A stretch of DNA of 47,222 nucleotides, from NCBI GenBank assembly GCA_011525195.1, contig WTIP01000056.1, positions 1 to 47,222 on the forward strand, written 5' to 3'. Shown here piece after piece: positions 46,901-47,222 of this stretch (position 1 is the first letter of the stretch; the number at the start of each line of letters is the position of its first letter). Both the position numbers and the translations under genes were made by a program. Below the pieces are notes generated by a model. That model was not told the DNA's origin and did not search any database. It saw nothing but the letters and a program-made list of their open reading frames with translations. The DNA comes from Flavobacteriales bacterium. GTDB taxonomy: Bacteria; Bacteroidota; Bacteroidia; Flavobacteriales; Flavobacteriaceae.

Positions 46901-47048
46901 TGACGACATCAATTGCCGTAACTCTTCCACTCATTCCTCCTGGTCCAATATTACGTGGAGCAATGCCTTTCATCCACTCAGGATTGATTTGCTGAGCGAA
47001 TGTGAATTGTATAAAATAAAGTGCGATTAAAAGTATCCAATTTTTCAT
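43908..47048 (-). CDS. secreted BNR/Asp-box repeat beta-propeller protein (sortilin/VPS10-like or GH74-like) with C-terminal helical tail
   Basis: 1046 aa with a signal peptide (LIALYFIQFTFAQQ). Ten Asp-box motifs (SxDxGxTW type): SLDAGKTW, TTDGGKTW, TIDGGATW, STDGGDKW, SEDGGKNF, TRDGGASW, SSDKGLTW, TLDGGKSW, TTNYGKTW, STDGATQW. Confidence 0.8.
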   Translation of the reverse strand: MKNWILLIALYFIQFTFAQQINPEWMKGIAPRNIGPGGMSGRVTAIDVVNNKRDIIYVGTASGGLWKSSSGGVAWTPLFEDQVTASIGAIAIQQSNPDVIWVGTGEGNPRNSLNGGYGIFRSLDAGKTWTAMGLEQTRHIHRIIIDPSNPNTVYAAAIGAPWGAHPERGVFKTTDGGKTWNKILYANPLTGAADLIMDPSNPNKLIAALWEHKRNPWFFKSGGEGSGLYITIDGGATWSKKTANEGLPKGELGRIGLAIARNKPNIIYALVESEKNALYKSTDGGDKWIKVNDKAGIGNRPFYYSDLFVDPQNENRVYTVFTYVNISEDGGKNFKELMPAYNANNGVHPDHHAWWIHPEDGSYMIDGNDGGLNITRDGGASWRFVDNIPVGQFYHVSTDNEFPYNVYGGMQDNGSWRGPAYIWKAQGIRNSYWQEIAFGDGFDVVPDRDDSRYGYAMSQQGNVSRYDWQTGNNYTVRPTHPDPNINLRFNWNAAIGQDPFDNSTVYFGSQFVHKSSDKGLTWEVISPDLTTNDPEKQKQSESGGLTLDATGAENHCTLLVIEPSPLQKDLLWTGSDDGRVHLTLDGGKSWTEVTKNLKDLQQGSWIAQIKASNKEAGTALLVANDYRRFNYAPYVFKTTNYGKTWKRIVDEKDVFGYALSIVEDLETDQLLFLGTDDGLYYSTDGATQWTKFDAKVFPTVSTKDLVIHPREHDLVIGTFGRALWVLDDIRPLRAIAQNPELITKESHLFDPPTAYLAAYQQPTGSRFGGDALFNAENRKSGSMLTYFYTATEARKKDSLTLKILDGERQIRTLKRKAPEKTGFHRWYWSLNEKGVNSPSRSDRKSKVEPRGVNVKPGTYRLVLESGNTSSESEVVVEKDPRLAITDQALSARYDYAKKIEALTAHTTAAVEQLKSSKKTISSYQKRIEKKDKEANKELLDLISKRSKQIDSLLDTFLGKEDKRQGIVRNPESSVVRRLYSASRYIRSRPSGITATEEELLSHAQTDLKAALEQTNAFYKKHWEELKTQIEAVQLSDFKEIHYFELD

Positions 47049-47222
47049 ACGTCTTTTTTTTTTGGAAAGTACGAAATTTAGGAAAAGTATGACGGTTAAA
47101 ATAACAACTTGTCTTTTTGATAACTAGTTTTTTTCTTTTTTGAAAATTTAAAATTTTTATCACTTCTTTACTGTTTTTTTTTCTTTTAAACATCTCCGAG
47201 CCCACGAAACACTGAGCGACTT

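Noticed and set aside
46978-47205. 75-aa Lys-rich ORF (GTG start) overlapping the start of the BNR gene and its upstream region
   Set aside because: It is produced by reading through an A/T-rich promoter and leader region, and it overlaps the real gene's signal peptide in another frame.
47191-47222. Locally GC-richer stub (catctccgagcccacgaaacactgagcgactt) at the right window edge; considered as the start of a tRNA or structured RNA
   Set aside because: No D-arm or acceptor pattern could be matched, and the stretch is too short and cut by the window end to be called.
1-47222. Scan for CRISPR repeats, IS/transposase or integrase genes, toxin-antitoxin pairs, and long direct or inverted repeats
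   Set aside because: None was recognised by eye. All long ORFs are accounted for by the genes listed. A computational repeat search would still be needed to exclude short dispersed repeats.

Overview
AT-rich chromosomal segment that is almost certainly from a member of the Bacteroidota, probably Flavobacteriia. Supporting signs are the T9SS translocon SprA, a SusC/SusD pair, an alternative complex III (actABCDEF) fused in one operon with cytochrome oxidase subunits II/I, TAnnTTTG-type -7 promoter boxes, and A/T-rich start regions without Shine-Dalgarno motifs. I call 26 complete CDS plus one edge-truncated CDS; 24 of the 27 are on the minus strand. Most are core housekeeping: gcvH, sprA, ruvA, maeB, queG, ruvB, ACIII + cox, infB/nusA/rimP. 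I saw no rRNA, tRNA, CRISPR array, transposase, integrase or obvious mobile element. Two loci stand out as functionally unexplained. (1) A PUL-like SusC/SusD locus (11.4-22.5 kb) has no recognisable CAZyme; its cargo is a giant FG-GAP/VCBS + UnbV/ASPIC lipoprotein, a vanadium-haloperoxidase/PAP2-like lipoprotein and an SLC45-like sugar symporter. A strong internal terminator and twin palindromes upstream may regulate it. (2) An orphan VWA + ChlI/BchI-like AAA+ gene pair (41.3-43.9 kb) has a deviant P-loop and no chelatase-type partner nearby. Smaller observations include a weak hairpin + U9 in the rimP-nusA-infB leader that may be a NusA attenuator, a six-heme ActA with a TTG start, a His-rich loop in ActF, and a sortilin-like protein with 10 Asp-boxes. 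All family assignments come from reading motifs in the supplied translations; no database search was possible.
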